64,000 bases of DNA from the human T2T-CHM13v2.0 reference genome, Homo sapiens. The notes beneath the pieces are model-generated. The model did not search any database and was not told the DNA's origin. It saw nothing but the letters and a program-made list of their open reading frames with translations. Below are positions 1 to 15,400 of this stretch, piece by piece. Each line of letters starts with the position of its first letter. The first letter of the stretch is position 1. The stretch is taken from NCBI RefSeq assembly GCF_009914755.1, contig NC_060927.1; one strand, written 5' to 3'. The position numbers were made by a program, and so were the translations under genes.

Positions 1-189
1 ATTGTCCTAAATCATTGCAATTTCACTGTCACTTACTAATATCTTCTCATGCTAAAAGGATTTAAAACAGGGAAACACCAATTAAAACCTGTGTACAAGT
101 TTTGCCTTTCCTCAGTTTTGTTCAACAACTTTCCCAATCCATTTAAGAGCAGTCTGTAGTATCTCTAATTTTTTTTAACTTTTGTGTAA

Positions 190-541
<352 letters not shown>

Positions 542-1454
542 ATCTCAAAAATTTTACTATGTGCATCGGTAAATATTCATTTTCCATTTGGGGGACTTTT
601 GATGATGTATGTGTTTTTGTAGGAACTTATATTAGAAATAGTTGTGAGATACGCCCTTATTCTTTTCATTGTCATATTTTCCATTCTTTTAATTTTTGTT
701 ATGCCTTCTGACATCTCTGGTCCAGTGGCTAGGATAAGCTGTATCACAAACCAAGCGCAAAACTAGGTTTTGTTCTTCAGTGCTAATCAACCAAATAGAA
801 ATCTATAATGGCTCTAAAAAAAATCCTCATCCTTTGTGTGAAAATAAACTCCCATTTATTCACTTTACAGTTTTGTTTGCCTCCAATATCTGAACATTTG
901 CCTTGTTGTTTCTATAAAATATTCTGGATTCTTTCCTCTACTAACCTTTAAAATCAATTAATTAATGCTTGTTTTGTTTTGTTTTATTTTGTTAAGGAAT
1001 CTTCATGTTATAATACATGAAATACTTTTTAACATATAAATGTACTTATAAAACTCCTAGTTTCTGAAGCACCCCTTATTATAATAGGAGGAATCCGAGA
1101 AAAAGGTAAATTAATGATGAAAATTTACATTGGAAAATTGGGAAATAAATCTTACTGAAATAGATTTTGTTCTTTATTCCCGCTATTGCCTGCAGAGCTG
1201 GAATGGTTATATTTAAAATTAACATACATTGATTATTTTATTTTTAGCAAACAAATGTTTTTGTATTACATCTTCAAATGCAAAGCATTTTTCAAAAGCA
1301 AACAGATTAAAATATCAGAGGTTTTGTGACTTATGGAATATTACAAATTACTTTTACATACATAACCAAATATTAGAGTAGATATGAAAAAACTATTCTA
1401 CAATGTTAAAGAAGCACTATTATTTTTTCTGGATTAGCTTTAGTGTATTTTTTT

Positions 1455-1884
1455 CTTTATTATGGTATAATTGACTAATAAAAATCATATTTTTAGTAAA
1501 AATGTTTTGATACATGTATATATTGTGAAATGATACTCACAATCAAGTATCAAACTAGTTAACATATTCGCTACCTCCCTCACATAGTTACTTTTATGTG
1601 TATATACCTATGTGTAGTAAGAATATTTAAGTTCTATTTCCTGGGTAATTTTCAAAGATGGGATACAGTATTATTAACTATAGTCACCATGCTGTACAAC
1701 AGCTTTCCAGAATTCATTCAAACTCTACAGCTGAAACTTTGTTTCCTTTGACCAACATACCCTTATACCACTACTCACCCCCATTGCTCCTGGCAAGCAC
1801 CATTCTACTCTCTGCTTCTATAAGTTCGAATATTTTAGATTCCACATGTAAGTGATACCATGTCACATTTGTCTTTCTGTGTCT

Positions 1885-1915
<31 letters not shown>

Positions 1916-2008
1916 CATTTAACCTAATATCTTCCTGGTTAATTCATGTTGTGGAAAATAGCAGGATGTACTTTTTTTTTTTTTTTTTTTTTTTAAGGCT
2001 AAATAGTC
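1455..2008 (-). mobile_element. Old L1 3' end fragment (L1MA9/10-like) containing two expanded poly-T runs
   Basis: tacagtattattaactatagtcaccatgctgtacaa and ttttagattccacatgtaagtga match my recollection of the L1MA 3'UTR in antisense. Confidence 0.75.
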
Positions 2009-2315
2009 TTTTAAAAGGGGAGAAAATAGCTGAATGGGCATTAAAAGGATAGAAAACATGGCCAATGAACGTTTGGAAAAATGTTTAATATTGTTAATCA
2101 GAGAAATACAAATTGTAACCATAATGGCATCACAATATGTGTCCATGAAAACAAAACAAAACAAAAAATAAATACCAAGAAATGGCAATAATATGAAAAA
2201 TTTAACTTTCATCCATTGTCATTTCACATGTAAATTGGTACAGGCTGAACAAGCTTCTTGAAAATTATTTAGGTTTACTCACAAAACCTATGCATACATA
2301 TACATCATGGCCCCT

Positions 2316-3436
<1,121 letters not shown>

Positions 3437-4009
3437 CTATCAATTTTACTCCTAAGTACATAGCAAAAATAATTAGTATATATGTCCACCAAAAGACATA
3501 CAGAAAATTGTTATTAGCAGGTTTACTACAAATAGGCCAAACTGGATACAATCCAAATGTTCAAATATTCAGCCATACAATGGATACATAAATTGTGGCA
3601 TGTGTGCCAATATAATATATAAACAGTGATTTTTTTAAAAAAACAACGATTCATCTTAGATTAAAATTGATTACTGAAATAATCTAAACACAAAATACTA
3701 CACACTACATATATGATGCCACTTATACTATGTTCAAAAAAGGCAAAGTAAATCTGTGAGAATAGGAATCAGAATATCGCTACCTCAAAGGGCGGCCCAT
3801 GTGTATTATAAGGAGTAAAATGGGGTACCTTGGAATGATGGAAATATTGAATATTTTGATTTGAAGTGATTATAAGTTTAAGGAGTTTTACACATAAGAT
3901 CTGTGTCCTCTACAGTATGTAGGATTTTTTTATTGTTCAAATATTAAAAATCATATATATGCTGGTATGATTTCCTAAACCCAATTTAACATGAAGAAAT
4001 AATGTGGCA

Positions 4010-4200
4010 AATGATATATACAGTATGGAATCCTGTTACATATATACATATAGCATATGTGTATTTATATATATATATCCCAAATATATATATATATACA
4101 CACACTATATTCCATACTATATATTTGTGTAGTATGATATATACAATATGAAATCCTGTCTCATATATATATATATATATATGGAATCCTATTCCATAAT
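4010..4200. repeat. Degenerate (TA)n-rich tandem repeat with a recurring tatggaatcctg motif
   Basis: tgatatataca.tatg.aatcctgt occurs at ~4012 and ~4135, with a third partial copy at ~4180. Confidence 0.7.
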
Positions 4201-4569
4201 TTCTAGGAATACATAGACAAATGTGTAGAAGGAACTGTAAACTATAAATATTGAACAGCTCTGATGATGGGATTAAGGTAGTGGATTAATATTGGGAGCA
4301 GTAGTAAAAAGAATCTTTAGCTTTGTCTTTTATTCTTTACATGTTTAAAAAAAGATTACATTATCGTGTTGCATTTTTAATTAAAAATATTAACTAGTCT
4401 AAAAAAACTATTTTAAATTAAAATGTTAGTTGAAATAAAACAAGACAAAACAATATAAATGCTAGAAGTAAAAGAGAAAGAAATTTTCTAAAATGCTGTA
4501 CAAAATGACAAGGAGATTAACAATTTGAGTAAAATGTAGGAGAGGCAATGAAGGTCAGGCTGTAATTTT

Positions 4570-5051
4570 TGTAGTAGTCTTCCGGATTTTTGCAGTTGTT
4601 GGATATCAGCATCTGTTCCACCTTTTCCTGATAATAGCACTCCAACTGACCTCTGTGACATCACTTGTTTTTTTGTTGCTGCATACAGTCTGGTGGGATT
4701 GTTAAATAATTTCTGCCTTTGTCTAGAAACTGGTGCACAGCTGCTCCATACAAAGTTAATTTAAATACTTCCCCACATAATTAGAATCGTGTATGAAGTG
4801 ACAATAAACTAAAGTGGTTAGAGTTTTTGTTGATTTGTTTCTTTTTTATTTTTAATAATTCCAGTGCTGGTAACTGGACATAATCAGAAGGTGTGCTGTT
4901 TCATATGATTTTGGAGCCTGTTCTTCAACCTTTCTTCAATTTTATAAGCTTCCCAATAATATATCCAGTATTTTTTCATTAAGTTTTTATATTAGTTAAG
5001 ATTGTCAGATTTACTTTACTTAGTTCAAACCAAAAACTTTGACTGATAACA
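4570..5051 (+). mobile_element. LTR33-like ERVL solo LTR
   Basis: Starts tgtagtagtc...cagcatctgttccacctttt.ctgataatagcac and ends ccaaaaactttgactgataaca, typical LTR33/LTR16 termini. Confidence 0.6.
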
Positions 5052-5571
5052 TGACCATCAAAAATACAATAAAAATTACATAAAGATAAAATTGAAAATA
5101 GGGAGAAAATTAGCTAAAAGTAAACATAAAACAAATTTCAGCAGAAAGGATAAAAATCTTTCATCTGCACACATTTTTATTGAATTTTACAAATCCATAA
5201 ATAAGAGAATATCCTACTTGCATCCATGGATAAATAATGTATTCTCTTCAAAAACATTGTATGTTAGAAAAAAATAGCAATGAATCTTCACAGTTCTTAG
5301 TAAAAACTAATTATAACTAAGTAATAAATCAATTTTGATAACAAAAACAAAGATTTTATCTTTTTAGGCACAAAAATACTCAGAAATTTATATGTATGCA
5401 TTCTTTCTTATGCATTCATCTGGTAAAATTCTTAGGAATTTTATTCGATAATCTACTCTGAAAATAAAAGCAGAGAGCAAAACCAAACAAAAGAAAACAT
5501 GAAGTCCAAACATTTCTTTGAAGAGGTTTCTAGGATTGCAACTGGTAAAATTCTTAGAAAATAGTCAGTAG

Positions 5572-6325
5572 AGATTAGAACCTTATAATAGAGAGCTTTA
5601 CATGAGAGAAGGCCAATGAAAAACAAGGATATAATACACCAAATAAGTGAGATGTTAAGAAAATAGAAAATATAATAAATGATTAGATGGTAAACACAAA
5701 GGAGGGGCAAAATTTAAATAAAAATAAAACAAGAAAAGTTATGCAACCATAAAGCAAAGTAAAACACCGCATATTTTCAGCCATTAGTGGAATATGAAAA
5801 TAGGGCATCATTCAAAAATAACTCCAGCCAATTCTCCTTTGAGCAGTTTGGGAATTGTGAAGTTTGAAAAGAACTAAAGGGAATTTCAGTTAGTTCTTCC
5901 ATGAGAAATTAATTCACAGACAAATCTCTGAGACATTCTATAGTCATAAAACCGCACAGATTAGAACTTTATGATAGAGAGCGAATGCCAAGGAAAAATG
6001 ACGATATAATATAGGAAATATGTGAGATGTTGTGAAGCTAGAAGATAATAATAAATGATTATATGGTAAGCAAAAAGGAAGGGCAAAATTTAAATTAAAA
6101 AAACAAGAAAGTTTATGCAACCGTAAAGCAAATTAAAATACTGCATATTTTCAGCCATTAGTGGAATATAAAAGTAGAGCATCATTCAAAAATAACTCTA
6201 GCAAATTCTCCTTTGACCAGTTTGGAATTATGAAGTTTAAAAAGAACTAAAGAGAATTTCAGTTGGTTCTTCCATGAGAATTTATAGACAAATCACTGAC
6301 ATATGCTATAGTCATATAATAGCAT
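5572..6325 (+). repeat. Two-copy tandem duplication, unit ~370-386 bp
   Basis: 5572-5957 and 5958-6325 align along their length, e.g. catattttcagccattagtggaatat, catcattcaaaaataact, gttcttccatgagaa, ctatagtcata. Confidence 0.93.
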
Positions 6326-9059
6326 TATTCTACGCATGGGCAATGTATACAAAGACACAGATAGCTAGGGTTAGGAATAAGATTAATGCCAGTAAATTAG
6401 GGGGAGAAGAATTATATCTAACAACATGAAGAGTAATTTATTCATCATCCCACTGTGCTAAAACAATAGCAAATAAGAATAGTTCTATATAAGAGAATGA
6501 GAGAAAAAGATTGCAAAGTAAATTCAACCGTCTCCCGTCATATCATTAATTTGTTAAAAGTGGCTAAATAATGTCTAATTTATGCCTAAAGCATAGTAGC
6601 CTTCATTTTTTTCTTAAAAGAAGTTAACCACAAAATTATTTTAAAATATAAATGATTACAACTTGCTAGGAGAAATACAGTGAGCACACTATATTATTGC
6701 AATTCATTATAAGTTATTTGTTCAATTTGACCTCCAGTATCATGCTTGTGTATTAATTTCTTTAAAACAGGAGATGAAAAGAAATAGACCAAACAGTTCA
6801 CAGAAAGTGTAGAGTAGTTAAGGATGATATAGAAAACACTAATCAATCATGTGTGATTAAATGTTATACATATAATGACATGTAATTGTAATTATGAATT
6901 TGATATAATTATGTTATTATATTTACAATATTAGACTGGCAGGGATTTAAATGTGTTAATTAACACACAGTGTAAGCCAGGATATGGGGAAATAGGAAAT
7001 AGGTCTTCTCTTACACTGTCAGATAAAAGATGAACTGCATATAAGTACTCATATATAATGTACAGATATGTAATTGTATATGTACACATAATATATTCAT
7101 GTATGTAATAAATAGAATCATCCACATGTTAAATCTATACATATACAAAGTTTTATATTAACATTTTACTTTAGAGAGAGAAAAAAATGTTTTACCCTGG
7201 TTAAATCTGTGGCATGAGCTTATATGGAGTGAGTTGGAACAATTATCATTATTCACTTTTTAATTTATTTGTACTGTCTGAATGCTTTCCATTTGAATGT
7301 AGTATTTTTATAACACAAAACATTTGAAAACCTAAATGCAATAGTATATTTATTAAACTTGCATGTACAGTAATAAGAAATATAGTAATCAAGACCCCTT
7401 CTTGAACATAACTGAAAGTTAACAAAATCCGTCAACCAAGTGATGAAACAACGAAAATTATTCAGGAATAGACAGTTTGTGGTAAAATAATAGAACTAAA
7501 TAAAAACAATGGCATTTAGAAACAAATCTATGATAAATCATTGTTATTGATTTGTTAAACAATATAACGCAGAGCAACATAAATCAATTTGTTTTTTCAT
7601 AGCAATAATATAAAAGAGTGCATAAAACCTTCACACCTTGCAAGTAGTAAAGCTTAAAAATTTTAGGTTAAACATTGAGGTTGATGGTAGTTTTCAGGTG
7701 TGTCAATAACCAATTGGGTATCGAGAAAAAAACAATTTTTTATAGTGATACTGGTGAATGACTGAATCCCACTTCTACCACTTAATACCTATACAACCAT
7801 GACCAAGCCACAGTCCTCTTATTTATGTAAAATAGAGTAATGAACACTGCACATAATTGTGGAATACCTATATTTAAATTAGATACCATAAATAATTTCT
7901 CTAGCTTCTTACATGTACCTTTATCAATTAAACAACTGGCTTTTTAAATGTCGTATGGATTCAACTACATTGACAATGTGTAGACTTCAGATGTTAATAA
8001 ATATTTCGGATTATTTGGTTCACAATTATAGTTATTTACATCTCTTTTTTTTACCTGTAATTATTCCTTGGTAGACACAGTGCTCATTTAGGTAGCACAT
8101 TTCAATCATGATTAAAAAATTAAAACCAGACCTGCCTGAGATAGCACTGATAGGCTGAAAAATTTTCTATAGCCTGTGGACATGAATAGTACATAAATAA
8201 AATCTTCAAAGATCACTTTAAGCAGGGCGAGTTGGCAGTTGCATAATTTTCTTATATTGACATAAGAATTATATCTAGCTTTCTATAATGTTTTTATCTT
8301 GATCAGAATGAAATGACATGCATTTTTAACCATAATATCACATGAAATGCAATGCAAGGAAGCAATTTACACTGCTTGTATATAGAAACAGAAATCTACT
8401 CTAACAAAACTCAGTAATTCCAAATGATAAAACTCACACATTCACAAAATTATTAATTATCAAAAGGTCTTTTATTATAGCTTGACTGTTTAAGAATTTT
8501 GATTGACAGCATTAAAATAAATGATTAATTGTAAAAAATCTTAATATAAAATTTTCAAAGAAACTTGTCTTCAAATAAGTTATCTGTCCACTCTCTCCAA
8601 TTCCTCTCTCTCTCTCCAATTCACTCTCTCTTCCATCTACTTATAACTTAATCTTATATACTCAAGTGTTGCCTCCTAATACGTATCTTAACCAGAGTTT
8701 TGAAAGCCACAGTTGGCCTCCGAAACACAAGCTATAAAATATTATATAAAATGACTCCTTTTTTAAAAAAAAAAAACAACAACTGTTTTTCACTTTGGAA
8801 TAAAATATTGTTTCTTTTTATGGCTTATATGGCATTTTACTAACTTATTCTAGAACTACTGTTTGGACCATAGTTAAAGGGTGCATCGATTTCATTCAGT
8901 GTCACCTCTTCCTAAATATGGGTGACTCTAATTATCTGTTTTCACCCTGGCCAACTCTCTTCCCCTGAGGTGTATTCCTTTTATATTAGTTTTTATTTTA
9001 ACATACAAATGACTTTTGGAGTCCTCTTTCTCAAACTTTATCGCTTTAATTGTTCTGCA

Positions 9060-10130
9060 ATTGATTGATTAGAACATTAATTTATTCAAAATATTTTATT
9101 GAAAACTTGTTACATGCCATACACAAGAGACAAACAGTAAAAAAAAAAAAAAATGATTTCATGAGGTATTTATCCTAGCTTCAGTCAGTGATATCTGCTA
9201 AGGAAAAGTGACCACAAAAGATATAGTGTGATAGATGTGTGTGGGGGTGGGGGAGGGTGTTATTTTAGGATAGGGTAGCCAGTTAAATTACTATCAAGAT
9301 ATCCAAAATTTCATGGTGCTTTAAACATGGAAGTTTTGGCATACTTTGTCCCTTATTCCAAGGCACAAAACATTCCCAACTTCCCATTTCACACTTTGAG
9401 TGACTTACTGCTCCATCCGCCTCTCTTCTAAATTGCAAATCCATTTCTGCTAGTTTGATGCACATTTCCAAAGCAACTCCAAATGAAAAATGTCTACAAA
9501 TAGCACTTATACTGCATCTCACCCCCAAAAGCATCATCTACTGAATTTCTTAATCTTGATGAATCAATTAATTTATTTAATCACATACATTATGATAGAC
9601 ATAGTGCTTGATCTTGCAGTAAAGGAGAGAGATTCATAGTTTTCCTCACAGACCATAACATGATTTTAATTAAGGATGTTAAACTTCAATTGTTTGGTCA
9701 ATTCTCCCCTCTAATTAGCCTTACAAAGCATATATTTCATTTTTTTCTCAGCCATTAAGCTTTAATGATTCTTTAAAATGCTTTCTAAAATCACTCTTTT
9801 TCTTGTGTTATCACTTGGATTGCCTCATTTTTTATCTTATGTTCTGCAGCAACACTAACAACAAAGAAATCCTCTTATAGCTGCTTCATATGAGAACTTC
9901 CTGCTTCCATTCTCATTTGTCTCTTAAAACTTGCATTCTGTTACAAAATTCTACATGGTTTACATGTATTAACTAACCTAATTCTTACAACTCCAGTAAG
10001 GCAATTAAGTAGATATCACTACTTTTCCAATGAAGCCATTGTCACACGTTTATACAGCTAAGAAGTAGTGAAATCACAATTTGACCAAACTCAGTTCATC
10101 ACTGATATCTATGCCTTTAATCATTTTCTA
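9060..10130. mobile_element. Cluster of degraded L2 and MIR fragments
   Basis: L2-like 3' end (ttattcaaaatattttattgaa...) and MIR-core-like sequence (aatcttacaactccagtaagg...cagctaagaagtagtgaaatcacaatttga). Confidence 0.45.
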
Positions 10131-11825
10131 TGTCCAAGCTATATGTTTCCATTACATTTTAAAAAAATCTCCAGACATAAAAGAGGTAACTAAGGAATAG
10201 AAGAAGCATGCAAGTTGTATGTGCATAAAAGCAAGAGTTATCGATGGCTATTTATATTGGAATATCACAGCATCATTATGTCAGCAACTATGTCTCCTCT
10301 AAAAGTTGCTTGCACTTTCTGCACTCACCACATAGTTCTTCTGAGTTAACTTCTTTACAGATAGTGACTATTAATGCTTCGGCTTTCCTTATGCCTATCC
10401 TCCACTATCAGCTCTGCAAAGTGTTGGAAAAATGTGCCTTCCTTATCCACTGGAGAGGTCACAGGCTTTGGCTCTACATTGCAAACTGTGTTTTCAGCTT
10501 AAGAATTATACAATTTGAATTCTAAAAACGCAATAAGGTTAACATTTTGCTATCAATCTTCGAATTGATTATTACAAATACATGGACACCAAAGGTCTAC
10601 AAAGTTCCCCTCCCAGTTTTTTCTGCCTAAAAATTGACATCATGTTTTTCTAATTTTTTTTGAAGGGATGAGTATGAGAGAATCCTGGGGTAAAGCAGGA
10701 AGACGTGATAAATGTGCATTGCTTCTCTTAGCTGAGTTTATTTTTTCCTCTTACAGAATATCTAAGGACAGAGCTTATTGCTTGATAATCCATTAAGTAC
10801 TTGAGTCTAAAATGCAATAATGCTTTATTGTCAACTGGTTAATGCTGATTAAAGAGTTAGGACTCTCTGGCAAGTTGATTAGCCATACTTGAGGATGGTG
10901 TGAGTAAACGGTGTATTTATGAATATGAACCACTGGATCCTGTGAAAGAACACATCTTCTAGGTGTACTAACTATATTATACTGCCTGAATATGAGCAAG
11001 CAACTAATGAGTATACCTAAAGAGGTAACAAAAGATTTAAATACTTTAAAATACAAAAGTTTAATTTGGAGAAATGTTAAACTTTCTATTTTGAGTGTTA
11101 ACCAAAATTAAAATAACATACCTTTCAAATTAGTACAGAAGATAATATCAAATACTTTTCCCTATATTTTAGGAAGAACTCAAAGAAAATATCTGTGAAA
11201 TGCAAAATAGAAAGCACTGAATATGCCAAGATTAAGACTAAATATATTTATTATCATAAAAAATCAAATCATATGCCATCCTGTTGAGACAAAATTGATT
11301 TGTTTAATTAAAGTGTATGCTCATCTGCTTCCTCTCCAAATATCATCCAAAAATTCCTCTGAAGACTTTTTTGAAAAAGAAAGAAATTTTTTCATTAAAA
11401 TAAATATTGACCTAATATCAAATCAGACATTTAAAATTATGTTATTTCACAGCTATTAAATATAAATGAAAACATTGCAGGGGAGTAGAAGAAAATACTA
11501 TCTCAGTCTACCGCAATTGTACTAGATATGATTCTTTAACATTCAGCCAGATGCTCATTACTTTTACTTAATTTTTTAATTTAACAAAGTTTGTATTTTA
11601 GTAGACTATTCATGCATTCATACTTATCACCGAATTCACTAATTCAGCACCTTTCTGCATCTAAGTAGCTATAATGACCTATGATATATATTTCTTGTTA
11701 ATCCCATAATATCCATTTGATTTCTTTTTTAACGTTTTAACTAATTACTTGTTTTCCATTTTGTCTGTATTTTCTCTATTTTCATTAATTTATTAATTAC
11801 AGTTATTTTAAAACGTGTGTCTGTT

Positions 11826-12144
<319 letters not shown>

Positions 12145-12302
12145 AAAACGTGTGTCTGTTAAATATCTGGGTTATCTCTCTGTTTGCTAATATTTACTAT
12201 TTTATCTCTTGTTTATCAGCCAAATTTCCTGACTATGCCTGGTAATTTTTTAATGTATTTTGTACTAGTATTCTAGAAGAGTTATATTATCCTCCCCTAA
12301 AG

Positions 12303-12490
12303 GAGAGGTTGGCCACCTTTTTCTTAAAGAATCAGACAGTACATATTTTAGGTTTGGGGACCGTACTGTGTCACATCTACTTACCTCATTTGTTGTTGCA
12401 TGGAAGTAGTCAAAGAAATATGTAAACACTTGGCCATGACTATGTTTGTGTAAAACTTAATTACCAAAATAGGCAACTGGCCCAATCCAT
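12303..12490. mobile_element. MER58A (hAT-Charlie) DNA transposon
   Basis: gaggttggcca.ctttttct...cagacagtacatattttaggttt...aatatgtaaac...aaaacttaattaccaaaatagg follows the MER58A consensus. Confidence 0.7.
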
Positions 12491-15400
12491 GCTCTAAATC
12501 ATGTTGACTTCTGTTACGACAGGCAGTGAAATTTCAGGTGAATAATCTTATTCTTGTCAAGGTTTGGTTTTAGCCTTTTTAAAATTAGGTCTATTTCAGC
12601 TTTCCAGTTAGTCTTAAGGTTTAGCACTTTTCTGACAGTTGGCCCATAGTCTTAGACTATGGGTGTTATGTGGTCTCAAATGAATGCCTGGTATTTACCA
12701 TGGTCCTTGAATCTTGACTAAGTCAGAAATTCAATGTTTCCTAGCAGTGTGTGAACGCAGAAGCTGTTTTACACCAAGCCTCCAAAAGCCTCACCGTCTG
12801 CATGTGCACCTTAGGAACTGGAAAGGGACCTAAGGAAAAAACCCTACAAGAGTTTAGGGCTTTCTTTCTGTGTTGCTCTCCTTCTATAAACCTTGACACC
12901 TTTAAACTGCAATCTGTTTTTCTTCCAATATCAAAGTTGCTACTTTCTACTTTGACTCTACTTCTCTGTGATACACTTACACAAGTGTCTCCAGGGTAAA
13001 ATTGGTGAAAGTGGACCCAACTCATGTGTTTATCTTCCCTCAATGAGCACAGTCTTGTTTTTCACTGCTGAAGACTTAAAATACTTGTTTTATATGTATT
13101 GACCATTTTTATGTTTGTTATGAGAGTGAAATCTGATACTAGGTACTCCATCATGTAAAGAACCTGAATGACAACTGTTAAATAAAAATTATATAGGTTC
13201 CAGATGTGGCTATCTTCTAACAGAGTGAATTACTGGCCTTTGCTGGGCAGCTAGAATTGGGGCTGATTGCCTTAATCTAATTAGCTATTGAACTGAATTC
13301 TATCTGGGTTTGAGTTAATGTAGCCACAGTCCAGCTTGGGCTTGAGATTTTTTGTAAGACATAGCCCTCTAAATATTTGTATGTGATAATTTGCTGAGTT
13401 CACCAGGGCTCCTTCATACAGGATCTGAACTCAATTTTCTCTTTACCACAGTGAGACTCCCAAAAATAATATGAAGTAATTTATTCAAACACTAGGAGTA
13501 ACTGAGATATTAACAAGCAAAATAAAAATTCTGCTCAAAGCCATTCCTGTAGAATTTAAAACTTGTTTAATTAGTATTTTAAATGAAGCACAGGCCTATC
13601 TGGAGTTATTAAGGTTCTAATGATGTTTGAAAATGCTCAGAAAGACAGAAAATACATTTTTGCTAGTAAGAAGAAAAGTATTAGTTTAATTGGAGACTAA
13701 AAACTGTCTTTGGCCTGCGTGAAGGAGCCTTTGATCTCAACTCAGATCCAGATGAATTTCTACAGCTGTGCTTAGGTGAATTTACCTGCTATAGCCAATT
13801 AAGCTGTATTGCTTAGAATGTGCATCTCCAAGACTGTGAAAACACAGACACTTAGTTTTTTTGTTTCCTCGAGTAATCTCATGTGGCAAACTTGCACTTC
13901 AGTTGAAAAAAACTACCCTTCTGTCAATTTGGGAAAGACTATTCTCCCCATTTGTTAATAAAAATAAATAAATAAGGTGGCAGAGCAAGACGGTGGAATA
14001 GAAAGCTCCATCAATCATGCCCCCTCCCAACAAGGACACCAAGTTAACAACTATCTGCACTGAAAAAACATCTTCATAAGAACAAAAATGAGGTGAGTAC
14101 TCACAGTACCTGATTTTAACTAATATTGCTGAAAGAGGCATTAAAGAGATAGAAAAAACAGCCCTGAATCACCAACACCACCACCGTGTTACCCCCAGCA
14201 ACAGAGGCATGGTGCGGAGAGCTTCTCTGTGTGCTAGGGAAGAGAGAACACACCAGTTGTGAGGTATTAAGCTCAGTGCTGTTCTGTTAGAGCAGAAAGG
14301 CAAGCCGGACCAAGCTCAGCTGATGTATGCCCATGGAGGGAGCATTTAAACAAGCCCTAGCCAGAAGGGAATTGCAAAACCTAGCATTCTGAACTTGAGT
14401 GCTTGCCAACCTCACCACCAAGGACCAAAGTGCTCTTAGTCTCTAAGTAAATTGAAAGGCAGCCTAAGCCATAAGGACTGCAACTCGTAGGCAAGTCCTA
14501 GGACTGAACTAGGTCGAGAGATGGTAGACTAGGGGGCACACGTGACATGCTGAGACACCAGCTGGGGCAGGCAAGGGAGTTCTGCCATCACCCTTCCTCT
14601 AACCCCAGGCTGCACAGCTCAGGGCTCCAAAGGAGACTCCTTCCTTCTGCCTGAGGAGAAGAGAGGGGAGAAGAGAGGGAAGAATGGGAAGAACTTTGTC
14701 CTGCATGTTGGATACCAGCTGGGCCACTACAGGATAAGGCAGCAGTCAGAGTCAAGAAGCCCCTGTGCCAGGACCTAGCCCACAGATGACATTTCTAGAC
14801 AAACTTTGGTCCAGAAGAAAATCCGCTTCCTTGAAGCAAAGGACCGAGGCCTACCAGCTATTCATCGCATGCTAACTGAAGAGCCCTTGGGCCCTGAATA
14901 ACCAGCGGCTATACTCAGGTACTACATAGATGGCCTTGAGTGAGCCTCTGAGACTTGCTGGCTTCAAGTGAGACTCATCACATTACCAGCTGTGGTGGCT
15001 ACAGAGCAAAACTCCTTCTGCATATGAAAAGCAGAGGGAAAAGTAAAGGGGAGTTTGTCTTGCCCCTTAGGTACCAACAGTGCCACAGGGAGGTTGAGAA
15101 CCAAGCAAGATCTTGGGTTCTTCAGTTCTAAAACTTCACTCTTGGACAGCATTTCTGGACATGCCATGGGCCAGAGGGTAGTCCACTGCCCTAAAGGGTG
15201 AGTCCCAGGCCAGGCAGCATTCATGACAAGCTGACTTAAGAGACCTTGGATCTTAAGGGAACATTGGTGGTAGTCTGGCAGTACTCCCCATGGCCATGGA
15301 TGGTGATGGCTAAGGCGTGAGGTTTCTCTGCCTTTGGAAAGGGGAGGGAAGAGTAGGAAGAACTGTGTCTTGCAGTTTGAGTGCCAGCTCAGCCACAATA

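Noticed and set aside
1886-1994. Two long poly-T runs as separate retro-insertions
   Set aside because: No TSDs are visible; they sit at T-rich positions of the host L1 and look like slippage expansions.
14964-15398. 144-aa minus-strand ORF
   Set aside because: It lies in the GC-richer L1 5'UTR and shows no recognisable domain.
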